A stretch of DNA of 53,803 bases, the filler included, from Malassezia furfur (lineage: Eukaryota): assembly GCA_052055015.1 (NCBI GenBank). It is 2 parts of 2 records of this genome, joined end to end, with 100 filler letters (N's around TTAATTAATTAA, not from the genome) between each part and the next. Parts side by side here need not be neighbours in the genome. Positions count along the whole stretch, not along the records: positions 1 to 26,911 come from JBQJIT010000120.1; 1 more part is not named here. One strand, 5' to 3'. The position numbers were made by a program, and so were the translations under genes. The notes beneath the pieces are model-generated. The model saw nothing but the letters and a program-made list of their open reading frames with translations, was not told where the DNA came from and searched no databases. This document shows positions 12,103-23,631 of this stretch, one piece after another (within the stretch, counting starts at the first letter, position 1; each line of letters starts with the position of its first letter).

Positions 12103-12281
12103 GCCGGTGACTGGGAGACGTTCGGGTCACCCTCTTCGGCCGAACGGCGACAGGCGGACTTTACGCGCTGGGGTACCGGAAGTTGGGAAGAATGAGGCGG
12201 GCGTCGTAGGTACGGCACACCAAGACTCGTCAAGGGGCATACTACAACGAGGGTTCGCACCCTCTGCTACCTAGTAGCTTT

Positions 12282-13188
12282 TTAAGCCTTGAGACCACCC
12301 CGCGCGCCGCCCTTGGCCTGCTGACGGGAGATCTGAGAACCGGTCGACTGCAGCGAGGCCTTGTTGGCCTTGCGCTCAGCCTTGCGCTCCTTCTTGGCAG
12401 CCTTGCGCTGCGCGAGGTCCTCCTTGCGCTGCGTGGCACGCACCTCGGGCTTCTGGTTGCGGCGCGACTGGATGTCCTGGATGCTCGCACCCACAACACC
12501 ACGCTGGTGCTTCACGGTGCGGCGCGTGCGGCGCTTGGCAGCCTCCTCAGAGATACCCTTCTTGTGCATGCGGCGGTACAGCACAGTCCAGGCAATCTTA
12601 CGGGGGTTCTTGCGCTGGTGGAAGAGCGACTCCGACTTCGACGAGATGAAGCGGAACACCTGCGCAGTTAGTATCGATTGCACGAAAAGAAACAGGCTGC
12701 AATACGCCCAGGTACGCGCAGACACATAGAAAGGGGCATACAGGCATAGACGCGGCGGTTCAAGCATCGCATCTCTTCAAGACAGAAGAGGTATACGCGA
12801 AAGCTTGTTCTTCGTCTCACCTGATCCCATTGTGCTCGACGAACGGCACAAAAACACACTGTTTCCCGTGAGAAAGGGGGTAGAGACGTGTGAGGTATCG
12901 AGGGCAGAACCACGCACGCGAGTGTGAGGTGTACTCCCACTGTGATCCACGTCCCACGTCCTTTGCCCACGTCATCATACAGCGGCGCCCCTGTATGCCA
13001 CTTTACGTCTGTGTCTGCGCCTCATTGTACCATAGGCGTATGCCAAACCCGTGCTTCGTCAGTACACACCTTGCTGTCACCACGGACGAACAGCTTGCCG
13101 TGGCCCCTGACGGTTAGCGCCCTGTTGTGTCTTGTCGTACGTACGGGTAGATCTTCTTGTTGCTGAACGAGCAGATTTCGACCTTCAT
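12282..13188 (-). CDS. RPL24: 60S ribosomal protein L24 (eL24)
   Basis: Spliced [62 protein letters not shown]. Introns 13107-13144 (38 nt) and 12660-13069 (410 nt, TACTAAC branch). Probable 5'UTR intron 13189-13271 ending immediately before the ATG. Confidence 0.96.
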
Positions 13189-13477
13189 CTGTAGATACGT
13201 CGCGTGTACCACGCGGAGTGTCAGTATCCTGTTCGCCCGCGCCGGCGCACAAGGCGCCTCGCCATACGCACCTTGATCCAGACCTTGAGGACGGAGGTGC
13301 GGAGCGCTGAGCCGCAGACCTTCGCCCTTACCACGCAAAACTGCATTCCGCACGTGATTACATAGGTAGCGGTGGAGGCCACGCGGCGAGGCAAAAATAT
13401 TGCACATACGCCACCCACACACGCGGGGCCCGAGCGCGCGCGATCTCGGCTCGCGTAGGCTGTCAGCATTCTCCATC

Positions 13478-14724
13478 GTGTCGTTCTTCCAGACTCCTAG
13501 TGCAGGTGGATGGGGCGCCCGCACGGCGACATCCACCACCGGTGGCGCAGGTACTGCGCGCGTATCCGGCGAGCAAGATATTGAGGTCGTGCCCGGACCT
13601 ACGGACACGGTCTCCAGCTTGGCCTTCTCCCCCACGGCCGACGTTTTGGCGGTGGCGAGTTGGGATGGCTACGTGCGCATCTACCGCATCGACAAAACCA
13701 ATGCTCAGCCCGTGCAGCCCTATCAGCAATACCAGCACGAGGGGCCCGTGCTTGATGTGTGCTTCAACGCCGACGGCAGCAAAGTCATCTCCGGTGGTGC
13801 CGACAAAGTCGCACGGTGCTTTGACTTGAATACCAACCAGTGCGCAGTCGTTGCGCAGCACAATGACACAATACGCTGCGTGTGCTGGATCCACGCATTC
13901 GGGGGCGCGCTTGTCACGGGCAGTTGGGACAAAACGGTCAAGCTGTGGAAAATCGACCCGCAGCCGACGCTCATTACGTCGCTCGACGTGCCGGAGCGCG
14001 TGTATTGCATGGATACCATTGGTCTGATCATCATTGTCGCGACGGCGGAGCGCAAGATTGTCGCGTTCCAGTGCAACGAGGCGACCGGCACCGCAGCGCA
14101 GGTCGCGAGCATGGACAGCCCGCTCAAGTACCAGTCGCGTTCGATTGCTGCCCTCCCCGAGGGCGATGGCTTTGCGCTGGGTGGTACCGAGGGCCGCGTT
14201 GCTGTGCATTTCTTCCACGACCCGCCAGACCCTAAGGATGGGCGCGTGTATGTACCCTCCCACTGACCTCAGGAAAAAGTTTGCCTTCCGGTGCCACCGC
14301 CGCGCCAATGCAGATCACCCCGATGTGCCGCGGAACGAGACGCACTTGTTCCCCGTCAACGCGATCAAGTTCAACTCGCAGGGCACATTTGCCACGGGTG
14401 GTGGAGACGGCTCGATTAGCTTCTGGTGCAAGGCGAGCCGCACGCGTCTGAAGAGTATGTGTTATTAGCTGACCCAGTGTTTGAAACGAAAGGATCGTCG
14501 ATGGCACCCAAGGAGGTGTTCAAGACGAACCCCAACCGCCTGCCTATCACGGCGCTGGCCTTCAACGCGGACTCGAGCATTTTCGCCTACGCACGTACGT
14601 TACGTCTACTCACACAGTCGGTTACGATTGGCACAAGGGCTACCAGAATGCGACCAACGAGGCGCACGTATTCATACACCCCGTCAACCCGGAGGACATC
14701 AAGAAGCGTCCGCCGAAGACATAG
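13478..14724 (+). CDS. RAE1: Rae1/Gle2 WD40 mRNA export factor (putative GUG start)
   Basis: [50 protein letters not shown]. Introns 14248-14272, 14455-14477 and 14595-14617. The start codon position is inferred. Confidence 0.9.
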
Positions 14725-14761
14725 ACAGGTAGATCGGGATCGGGCCGTCGTTTTTCCTCGC

Positions 14762-16819
14762 ATGGCGGCCGTGCGTGGAGCATGCCGCGGCCTGGCGCAC
14801 GCGGTGCGCGTGGGCAGGCCGCCGCTGCCTACGGGTGTGCGCTTTGTGCACACGACGCTCGTTGTGCGTGCAAAGAAGCAAGAGATCCCATTCGACCTGT
14901 TCGAAACGCGGAGTTTCTCGATCATTGCGCACATCGACCATGGCAAGTCGACGCTGGCCGACCGTCTACTGGAGCGCACGAATACCATCCCGAGCGATGG
15001 CTCGAACAAGCAAGTCCTTGACAAGCTGAAAGTCGAGCGTGAGCGCGGCATTACCGTCAAGTCGCAGGCGGTGAGTATGCTGTACAAGGACCCCGAGCGG
15101 GAGAAGCAGCACTTGCCTCCGATCCTGCTGAACCTCATTGACACACCGGGGCATGTCGACGTATGTATTCCTATTCACTCACGCAGTTTGCCTACGAGGT
15201 GCGCCGAAGCCTTTCAGTGTGCCAGTCGGCGCTCCTGGTCGTGGATGCTACGCAGGGCATCCAGGCGCAGACCATCTCGGTGTACAAAATCGCGACGCAG
15301 TGTGGCCTCACGGTAATTCCGGTGCTGAACAAGGTCGACCTGCCCGCCTCGGATCCGGAGCGCTGCATTGCACAGCTCTCCGACATGCTGGGGATGGACA
15401 TGGATGACCCCAGGCACGCGCCGCTGCTGGTGAGTGCCAAGACCGGTGAGGGCGTCGATGCGGTGCTCCATGCGCTGGTCGAGCGCACTGCGCCGCTGCC
15501 CGGCGTGGATGGCAAGTCGCTGGCGCAGCGTGAGCCGCGAGGGTTCCGTGCACTGGTGTTTGACAGCTGGTACGATCGGTACAAAGGCGTGATTGCGCTG
15601 GTGAGCATTGCTGACGGCGCCGTGCGCAAGGGTGACACCGTCGTCTCCCATCACACAGGCAAGCGGTACGAGGTACTGGACCTCGGCGTGAACAACCCCG
15701 AGGCCGTCTCGACGCCCATCCTGCGCAAGGGCCAAGTCGGCTGGATGATCACCAATATGAAAGAGACAGAAGAAGCAAACATCGGCGATACCTTTTACCG
15801 CGCGGGCGAAAAAGTCGAGGCATTGCCTGGCTTCCGTCCTGCGCTGCCTACCGTATTTGCAGGCATCTTCCCGACGGACAAATCGGACTTTCTGAAGCTG
15901 GAAGACGCCATCCAGCGCCTGGCCATCAACGACCGATCCATTTCGATGCAGCGTGAGTCCATGACCGCGCTCGGTCAGGGTTATCGCCTCGGGTTTCTTG
16001 GCACGCTGCACCTCGATGTGTTTCGGCAGCGGCTCGAGGACGAGTATGGGCACGAGATTCTCGTCACGACGCCCACCGTGCCGTTCCGCATCACCTACCG
16101 TGATGGGACGCAGGTGCTGTGCTCGAACCCCGCCGACTTCCCGGACGAGTCGATCCGCAAGACGCACGTTGCGCTGATGGAGGAGCCGTTCGTGATCGGG
16201 TCGCTGGTGTGCCCTGAGGAGTACACAGGGGCGATGATGGAGCTCTGTGCAGAACACCGTGGCGAGCAAGTCGACGTAGAGTTCTCGTCGGGCGGCGGTT
16301 CGCAGGTGCACATGCAGTACAAGCTGCCGCTTGCCGAGGTGGTGACCGACGTACGTCTGAGTACTGACCCAGTTCTTTGACAAGCTCAAGTCGCGCAGCT
16401 CGGGCTTTGCCTCGTTCGATTACGAGGACGGCGACTATGAGGCGTCTGATCTGGTCAAGCTGCGCTTCCTGGTGGCGTCGGCACCCGTGGATGCACTGGA
16501 GCTCGTGCTGCACCGTTCCAAGGCGGCCTACTTTGGGAGGTTGTGGGTGCAGCGGCTCAAGACGGCCATCCCCCGGCAACAGTTTGAGATCAAGATCCAG
16601 GCGTGCGTTGGGAGCAAGGTGCTAGCAAGTGAGACGGTGCGGGCGTATCGCAAGGACGTCACCGCGGGTCTGTACGGCGGGCACTACGAGCGCAAGCTGA
16701 AACATCTCAACAAACAAAAGGAGGGCAAGAAGCGGCTCAAGGCCATGTCCTTGGGCCGCGTCCAGGTCCCCCAGCAAGCATTCCGTGAGATTTTGGACAC
16801 ACGCGCGAAGCGAGACTAG
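14762..16819 (+). CDS. GUF1: Mitochondrial translation factor GUF1 (LepA/EF4)
   Basis: [61 protein letters not shown]. Arg-rich presequence; introns 15161-15186 and 16351-16372. Confidence 0.95.
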
Positions 16820-16857
16820 ATTAGCGAAATGTCTATCCTTTGATCCATGCTAACTGT

Positions 16858-18960
16858 CTAGAACAGCGCAAACGCGGCCGTCACGGTGGTCAGCGCCGTG
16901 AGCGCGAGCGCGCGGGGCACACCCTCCGAAAGGACGGCGGCACCATTGCCGAAGAAACTGTCGATCGCGCTGTCGGAGCTCTTGTTGCTGCCCGTCACGG
17001 GCGGCTCCGCGAGCACCGAGCCGTTCGACGTAATAAATTCGGGCAAGCCGATCGGCGGCGTGTAGTTGCCGGGCTTGGTCATGTTGTACTCGCCGTTCCA
17101 GCAGTACTTCGTGTAGCACGTCTGGCACTTCTCCGGGAATGCCTTGTTGGTGCGCAGCAGGCCACGCTGCACAATCGCACAGGCCAGGCAGGTGTGCCAG
17201 TCGTCCATCTTGCCGCCCATCGTCGCGACGTCCACGCTGTTGTCCACAAAGCTCTGAGCATCGCTGTTGTCGTACTCGAGCTGGTAGGTGCTCTTGTTGG
17301 AGAAGTAGGAGTAGGGGTAGCTCGGCATGTACACCACGATCGGCGGCGTGTTGTTCACGTTGGTGCCCTGCGCCTGGCATCCAAAGAAGGTCGGGCGCGT
17401 GTTGAGACCCTGGTTGACCATCGTGTTCATGTCGGGCACGTTGGGGAACTTCTGGCTGCTGAACATGGACAGGTTCATGCGCTTCTGCGTCTCCATGAGA
17501 CTACTGCCGTTGGGCCAGTTGGAGGTGTCGCCCGAACCGTCCACGGCGAGGATCAAATCGAGGTTACGCGCCGGCTGGATGAGCGGCTCGAACGGAATGT
17601 TCTGGTTCGCCTCGCCACCGTCGACCAGGTCGACGTAGTCGGTCGAGAGGAAGTGGTTGTTGTTGCCGTTGCCGTTCGGCGAGTAGCCTTTGAACGGGTT
17701 CGGCACGGCCGCCACGTCGTTCTTCTCGTTCGTCAGGTCGGACAGGACCGACTTGATGATATCCGACGAGATCTTGGTCGAGTTCGAGTTGAGCAGCTCC
17801 AGGTAGGCTGCGTTGAACAGCGTGCTGCTCGAGCCAACCACAAAACCAAAGTTTTCAAAGCCCGCGACACACGTCTTGTCCTTCGACGCAACCTCGCCGT
17901 TGTTCAGGTCGCTGCCAACGTAGCCAGTGGGCACAAATGCCTCAAACTTGGGCTGCCACGAACCAAACTCGTAGGGGTTCCACTCAAAGTACGTCGCATT
18001 GGGGTTGATCATCACCTCGCTCGGCTGACGGCCAATCGCGAGCGCAATCGGGAAGGGGTATGCCGCATTCTGGAAGTTGGTGGCGTTCACAATGTCCGAG
18101 AAGGTCGTCGCCTGGCCCTCGTTGGGGAAGGTCGAGCGGTTCAGCAGGTGGTACGACAGCGCGCGGCCCCAGAAGTCGGTGATCGCCGTGGGGTAGCCGG
18201 CGTCCTTTTTGTCGTCCGTGTCGCGGAACAGATCAATGTACAGCTTCGTCTTGCCATCCTCAGGGAGCACAAGGTTCTCCTTGAGGTCCAGGTAGGCCAG
18301 CATGTCCTGCGCCGTGGCCCAGTTGTTGATCGCCATCGAGCCCGTGCACCACGAGCCACCCGACAGACCGGCAAAGTAGTCCGCGAGCTGCAGCAGACCA
18401 CCAACATCACGCTGGTTCGCCGTGTTGTTGCGGCCGTCAAAGCCCTGCGCAACACCCATGCCGTGCAGCATCGCACGGTAACCACCACCACTCACCGCAA
18501 AGCCCACGATGGGCTGGTGCTGCGACAGGAACTGCTCGACACCGCCATCAATGCCACCATTGCCATCCAGCTGCGCACGCGACAGCCAATCCTGCCAGCC
18601 CGAACGCGTCTGGTTGCGGTGACGGGTCAGGTAGTCCTGTTCCTGGGGGCCAAGCTCGTTGTTGAGCGCGTTGCGGATGTAGCCCTGGTAGTTGCTACCC
18701 TCGGGAAGGGCGGGGCAGGCAACGTTCGTCGGCGCGTACGAGCCCGACGGGTTCCAGCGACGCGTCAGCGCACTCTTCACGTCCTCCGCCCAGCGCGCTT
18801 CGAGGAGCGTTTCTTGCAGCGTGCGACGCTTGTTCTGCGGGAGCATAATGTCAAGCTCCTCCGGCGTCGGAACCATACGACCCTCATTGTCGTACTTAAA
18901 GGCCGTGACCTGGCACACGGCCAAGCACAGAGCCACGCTCACCCACACACCAAAGCGCAT
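16858..18960 (-). CDS. PLB: Secreted, probably GPI-anchored lysophospholipase / phospholipase B
   Basis: Signal peptide MRFGVWVSVALCLAVCQVTA, SGGGYRAML, GLSGGSW nucleophile motif, LVDGGE, hydrophobic C-terminal tail. Confidence 0.93.
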   Translation of the reverse strand: MRFGVWVSVALCLAVCQVTAFKYDNEGRMVPTPEELDIMLPQNKRRTLQETLLEARWAEDVKSALTRRWNPSGSYAPTNVACPALPEGSNYQGYIRNALNNELGPQEQDYLTRHRNQTRSGWQDWLSRAQLDGNGGIDGGVEQFLSQHQPIVGFAVSGGGYRAMLHGMGVAQGFDGRNNTANQRDVGGLLQLADYFAGLSGGSWCTGSMAINNWATAQDMLAYLDLKENLVLPEDGKTKLYIDLFRDTDDKKDAGYPTAITDFWGRALSYHLLNRSTFPNEGQATTFSDIVNATNFQNAAYPFPIALAIGRQPSEVMINPNATYFEWNPYEFGSWQPKFEAFVPTGYVGSDLNNGEVASKDKTCVAGFENFGFVVGSSSTLFNAAYLELLNSNSTKISSDIIKSVLSDLTNEKNDVAAVPNPFKGYSPNGNGNNNHFLSTDYVDLVDGGEANQNIPFEPLIQPARNLDLILAVDGSGDTSNWPNGSSLMETQKRMNLSMFSSQKFPNVPDMNTMVNQGLNTRPTFFGCQAQGTNVNNTPPIVVYMPSYPYSYFSNKSTYQLEYDNSDAQSFVDNSVDVATMGGKMDDWHTCLACAIVQRGLLRTNKAFPEKCQTCYTKYCWNGEYNMTKPGNYTPPIGLPEFITSNGSVLAEPPVTGSNKSSDSAIDSFFGNGAAVLSEGVPRALALTALTTVTAAFALF

Positions 18961-19000
18961 CGTCGCGTGAGAAAAAATTGTCGCGGGCCGTGATGAACCC

Positions 19001-20071
19001 CTATTTACCCGTCGAGGAATTATTCCCAGACGCGTGCCAAAGTCCAGTAAGGGTTGTGCGCTGTACGGCGCGTTTTTTGGTCGGCCGCGCCTCCACACCC
19101 AAATGTCGCGTGTCGTCGTGGTGCACAACGCGCAGCCGGGGGCGCCCTTGCGGCTGCTTGTGCAGTGCGAGCGTGAATACGCCCGTGTTGGAGCTCCGTA
19201 TATAGAAGGTATCGCGTAGCTCGGGTATCGCTGCTTGAAGGAACGTGTGGATCCACTGGCCGTGCGAGACCAACACGAGGTGCGGCGGGTCCAAAACGAC
19301 GGGGGACGCACGCGCCGTGCTGTTCGGTCTGCACGCTTCTGCTGGTTTCATGACAGACTTTTGTGTACCTGAGTCCTCTGAGGGTTTGGTGTCCGACGCT
19401 GCATGGTCGTCTGCGTCGGGTGTCGCTTCTCGCGACGCAACTGCCTCTTCTTGCGGCGTAGCCTCCCGGGACGCCCCAAAACCGACTTCTGCTGTTGGAT
19501 CGTGTTGTGAATGCGCGTTCTTTTCTAGATGCATGGCTTGCTCGGCGACTGCAACAAGCCACTGCAGCCATTTGTCGCCGGCGCGCGTCACCTTCTTGTG
19601 AAAAGATGTATGTGTGTCGGCGCGCCCGATCTCCTTCGCGGGGGGTTTAGTGTAGCCAGAAACAAGCTGACCCTTGCGTGTGCATTCCGCCGACCCAAAA
19701 TTGCGTTCTGAAAGCCCCGAATCGATTAAGAGTGCGGGATGTCTTTGCGCTGCGGGTGGCTCAGCGGGAGGCGACCGGAACGTGATGTCTCCCAGCTGCG
19801 TGTCATGCAAGCCACACCCACGCGCCACGGCTTGCCCTGTTTTATGTGCACGCCCAATGGGACTGGCCACGACAAGGTGGGGAGAAGGCAGCCCAAATGC
19901 GTTCGGCGCATTCTCTTGCGCCCTCCACGCCGCTTCGAGCGCTTCAAGCTGCTCATTCCCACGCAAAGACAAAGGTGCATCCGTCACGCCTTGCAGTACG
20001 CGCTCGACATTCGCGCGCGACTCGGCATGGCGGATCAACGTTAAATATGCCAGCGGCGCGCCGTCCGGCAT
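19001..20071 (-). CDS. Histidine phosphatase (phosphoglycerate mutase-like) family protein
   Basis: LIRHAESRAN, D-PLS..G..Q, SPIGRA, LSERNFG, LVSHG..I, SNTG motifs. Confidence 0.85.
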   Translation of the reverse strand: MPDGAPLAYLTLIRHAESRANVERVLQGVTDAPLSLRGNEQLEALEAAWRAQENAPNAFGLPSPHLVVASPIGRAHKTGQAVARGCGLHDTQLGDITFRSPPAEPPAAQRHPALLIDSGLSERNFGSAECTRKGQLVSGYTKPPAKEIGRADTHTSFHKKVTRAGDKWLQWLVAVAEQAMHLEKNAHSQHDPTAEVGFGASREATPQEEAVASREATPDADDHAASDTKPSEDSGTQKSVMKPAEACRPNSTARASPVVLDPPHLVLVSHGQWIHTFLQAAIPELRDTFYIRSSNTGVFTLALHKQPQGRPRLRVVHHDDTRHLGVEARPTKKRAVQRTTLTGLWHASGNNSSTGK

Positions 20072-20103
20072 GCGACGAATCGAAAGCTACCTCCACTAAT
20101 CTA

Positions 20104-21225
20104 CTATTCCAGATGTAGCTCGTTGAGCCGGTCGGGCAGCAGCGTGTCCTTATGCGCTTCGTAGAGTCTGAAGGGTCAGGCGCATAAGCAACGTACTTGA
20201 CCAATGCTTGGACGTAGCGCTCGTGCATAGCATCCACTTCCTCGTCGGTCGGCTCTTTCGTGTGAGTGACCTGAACCGGTTCGCCAATCACGACGTTGAT
20301 GGGCCGCTGGTACGGCATCCACCCGAACGACGCATGGAAAAGGCCACGGCCTTCAATGATTGGTATTGTGAAGCCCACCATCCGCTTAACATTTTGCTGC
20401 AGGCTGTACAACCAGCTCCCCTCGTGGTTGTCAGCTTGTTTGTAGATATCGTTCTCGCCGAACCCGATGGTTGGCACAAGGTCGGCACTGCGTCAGTGGT
20501 ACCACATACCCGCAGCGCATCGCAACCCGCACGAAGCCTTTGCGGTTCTTCAAGGTAAGGTCCATTTGGCCCGGCCGCGCGTTGAGACTCTCCTGTGCCC
20601 CACCGACGACAATGAGGATGGCACTGCCGGGGCCTTGGCTCAGCAGACTTTCACACGATTCGCGCGCCACAGACCCGAAGCCGAGCAGCATGAGGTATTC
20701 GCGATAGAGCGGCATGCTGAAGTTGGACGCCAGTGTCAGCACCCGCGGCACAATCCCAGGCAGCTTTTGACCGATGCCGCATGCCTCGGATCCAAACGAG
20801 ACCACGGCACCAAGCCCAATAATCCCGTGTGGATGGTATCCGAACAGGTACGGGCGGTCCGCCGGGAGTGGGACGGTGCGCTCAAGCGTGATCGGGAAAT
20901 AGTTCCGCATCAACCGCATGAGGAACAGCCGGCGGAACCACATGGACCGGCGTTTCCCAGTTTTAGGTGCATCATCAATCCAGAGCGACCAAATTAAGTA
21001 TGGGACGGTGATGCACCACAACGGAGGGATGGTGCTGGGTCAGCGACGCACGTACCAGAGCAAGCAGAAAACACACAAGCACAAAGACGGCATCAAAATC
21101 CAGTGGAACACGGCCAGCGACTGGAACAGACACTTGAACAATGGCCGCTGCTTGTCTGCATAGGTGATTGCATTGATTTTCTTCTCCCGCTCAAGCTTAT
21201 CCGCCTCCGGCTTGGTGGCCGACAT
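20104..21225 (-). CDS. DGA1: Diacylglycerol O-acyltransferase (DGAT2 family)
   Basis: YFP, FGYHPHG, VGGAQESL, RKGFVR, FGEND, RPINVVIGEP. Introns 21035-21055, 20488-20509 and 20168-20196. Confidence 0.92.
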
Positions 21226-21314
21226 GGTTGCGGACGCCTATGTCCGTGCGCCCCACGTGAAGCCACGTGCGACTCTGCCCAACAACAAACGACGCGTGGA
21301 GGCAACAGCTGACC
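21226..21314. promoter_or_regulatory. 89-bp bidirectional promoter DGA1/BRN1 with twin E-boxes
   Basis: CACGTG at 21254 and 21264 between divergent ATGs. Confidence 0.6.
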
Positions 21315-23607
21315 ATGCTGCCGTTTCGCGCGCCGAGCGGCCCTGCGGCAGGGCGCAAGGATCCTCGACGCGATGCCTCGCAGAGCATGCGCACAGCATC
21401 CGGGACGGGCCGTCGCATTGTCTCCCAGGGGCTCGCGCGATCACAGCCACGCACGGCGGATCTCGGTGCCAGCTCAGTGTCGGCCCTGCAGGTGGACAAC
21501 ACCAGTTTTGAAGAATGGATGAAGATGGCCACCGACAATGTACGCATCCACGCTCACACAGAAAATCAATGCGACCAACACATGGTCTTTTGCGCTCATC
21601 GATTACTTTCACGACATGTCGCTGCTGCGGTCCGAGTCGGGCGACGGCTCAATCAATTTCCAAAAGGCGTCTTGTACGCTGGACGGATGCGTCAAGGTGT
21701 GGACGAGCCGCGTGGATAGTGTGATGGCCGAGACGGGTCGTCTGCTCAGTGGTTTGCAAGATGAGAACGAAAATTTGGCGCAGGACGATGCGCCGTCTGC
21801 CGAGGCCGCCGGATCGGACGATGAGGCAGACGGTGACGAAGACGATGCGCCGCGTGCCGCGCGCAAAAACCGCCGCGCACGCGAGGCGACCCTGGCCAAG
21901 ACCTTTTCGCAGCTGCAGGTGAAGCGTTTCGACCTCGAGTTCTCGGTGGACCCGCTTTTCAAAAAGACGAGCGCCGACTTTGACGAGGGCGGCGCGGGGG
22001 GCCTGCTGATGAACCATCTGCACGTGGACGACACGATGAAGGTGGTGTTTGACTCGTCGGATGTGGCAGGGGCCAAAGACGAAGGGACAGCAGAGCCTGT
22101 GGAGGACGCCAGCGTTCCTGCGGGTGAGACGTCTGCCGACACCAACGCCGAGGCGGCAACCGAGGCCAGCGTCGCAACGAACGGCGCCGAGGACGACGTC
22201 TCAATGCATTCTGAGCCGGCCGAGGAAGCATCCACTGCTACGTTCCTGGTCGATGCAGTGCGGACGATGCTACTGGATGCGGCGGGCGTCGACTTGACGG
22301 GCATCCCCGCCGAGGAGCAACTCGATGCTGTGCTGCAATCGCGTGTGCTCTGTCCGTCGCTGGCGACGTTTGCATTTGCGTCCGGCAACGACGCCCAGCT
22401 TCCGCTGCTGCAGGACCTCGAGGAGGAGGGCATGGGCAACGATCTGCCTGATCTGGACATGGCGATGGATACAGACGACCAGATGGACCAGTCGCAGGAG
22501 CTCGACTTTTTCGACGGCCCCGATGCACTGGGCGGCCCCGGCGCGGGCGAAGACGACCGTGAGCTGGGCGTTGCGTTTGTGCACCCGTCGGACGAGCAGC
22601 CCACGGCACCAACGTCGCAGGGTGACCACGACATGCTGTTTGACTACTTTGACAACCGCATGAAAAAGAACTGGGCGGGCCCCGAGCACTGGAAGATGAG
22701 CCGCCTGAACCTGGCGTCTGCCGCTCAGCGCGAGCGCCGTGCCGAGAGCGCGGCGCCGAGCGAACCTGATCGCCTGCGACGGCGCAAGGAGGTCCAGACG
22801 ATCGATTTCCTGGCCACCGACCAGGACAAGCCCGTGCAGACGCTCTTTGCGCCGAGTGCGACGCCGGCCAGCATCTCGATGACGCGGGCCGCGCGCAGCG
22901 ACACGTCGACGCATCTGCTGCCCGATGACCAGCACTTCAACTCGAAGCGGTTGCTGCGCCTCTTTCTGAAGCCCAAAGCGACCATCCTGCTGCGCTCGCG
23001 GCCGCGGGCACCCAGCGTGCTGGGCGGCACCGACGACGACGATGCATGGGTTGCGTCCGGCGCGGACGGTGACGAAGGCTTTGTGCCCGATCTTTTCCAG
23101 GACGGGGGCGATCTGTATGACGATGTGCTGCCGGCCGCTGCCCTCGATGCGCCCGCGCCCGAGCTTGACGAGAGCGACGACGAGGGCCTGGCATTTGATA
23201 CACTGCGCCGCGTGCGCCCCGAGTACATTGAGCACGCCAAGCGTGCCAAGCAGGTCGACATCAAGCTGCTCAAGGACAACATCTGGGAGCATCTCCATCT
23301 CCCACCCGACGCACACGAGGCGACGTCGTTTGGGCGTGTGTTGGGCGAGCTCCCGGCCGTGTATCCCAAGCAGAAGCTGGAAGAGATCAGCACGTCGTTC
23401 TGCTTCATCTGTCTGTTGCACCTCGCAAACGAAGAGGGCCTGGCGATCGCAGCGCCGGGGCAGACCTCGGACGCGCGCGTCGTGCGTCCCGACGACGACG
23501 ACGACGCACTCGGCGCGCCTGCGGAGGACAGTGCCGCGGAGGACGCGGCGCACGTCGCGCGGCTCGACCAGCTGGAGGTGTGGCGTGACGCGGCGCTGGC
23601 CGCGTAG
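21315..23607 (+). CDS. BRN1: Condensin kleisin subunit (Brn1/Cnd2/CAP-H)
   Basis: FEEWMKMATDNKINATNTWSFALIDYF, NFQKASCTLDGCVKVWTSRVDSV, VDPLFKK..DFDEGG, NWAGPEHW, FCFICLLHLANE. Intron 21540-21561. Confidence 0.95.
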
Positions 23608-23631
23608 ATATACCCTACTCGTAGCGTCTAC

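Noticed and set aside
12249..12264. GAGGGTTCGCACCCTC hairpin resembling a tRNA T-arm
   Set aside because: The loop length is wrong and no acceptor, D or anticodon arms surround it.
12972..12978. C-box (ATGATGA, minus strand) suggesting a C/D snoRNA in the RPL24 intron
   Set aside because: No downstream CTGA D-box was found within the intron, so it is kept only as an unassigned structured RNA.
7200..16625. Apparent frameshifts or pseudogenes in CSN5, MSC7, RAE1 and GUF1 in the ORF track
   Set aside because: All are resolved by canonical 22-28 nt introns that restore conserved motifs.
18961..19311. N-terminal extension of the phospholipase B ORF overlapping the phosphatase gene
   Set aside because: The signal peptide begins at ATG 18960; the upstream open frame is incidental.
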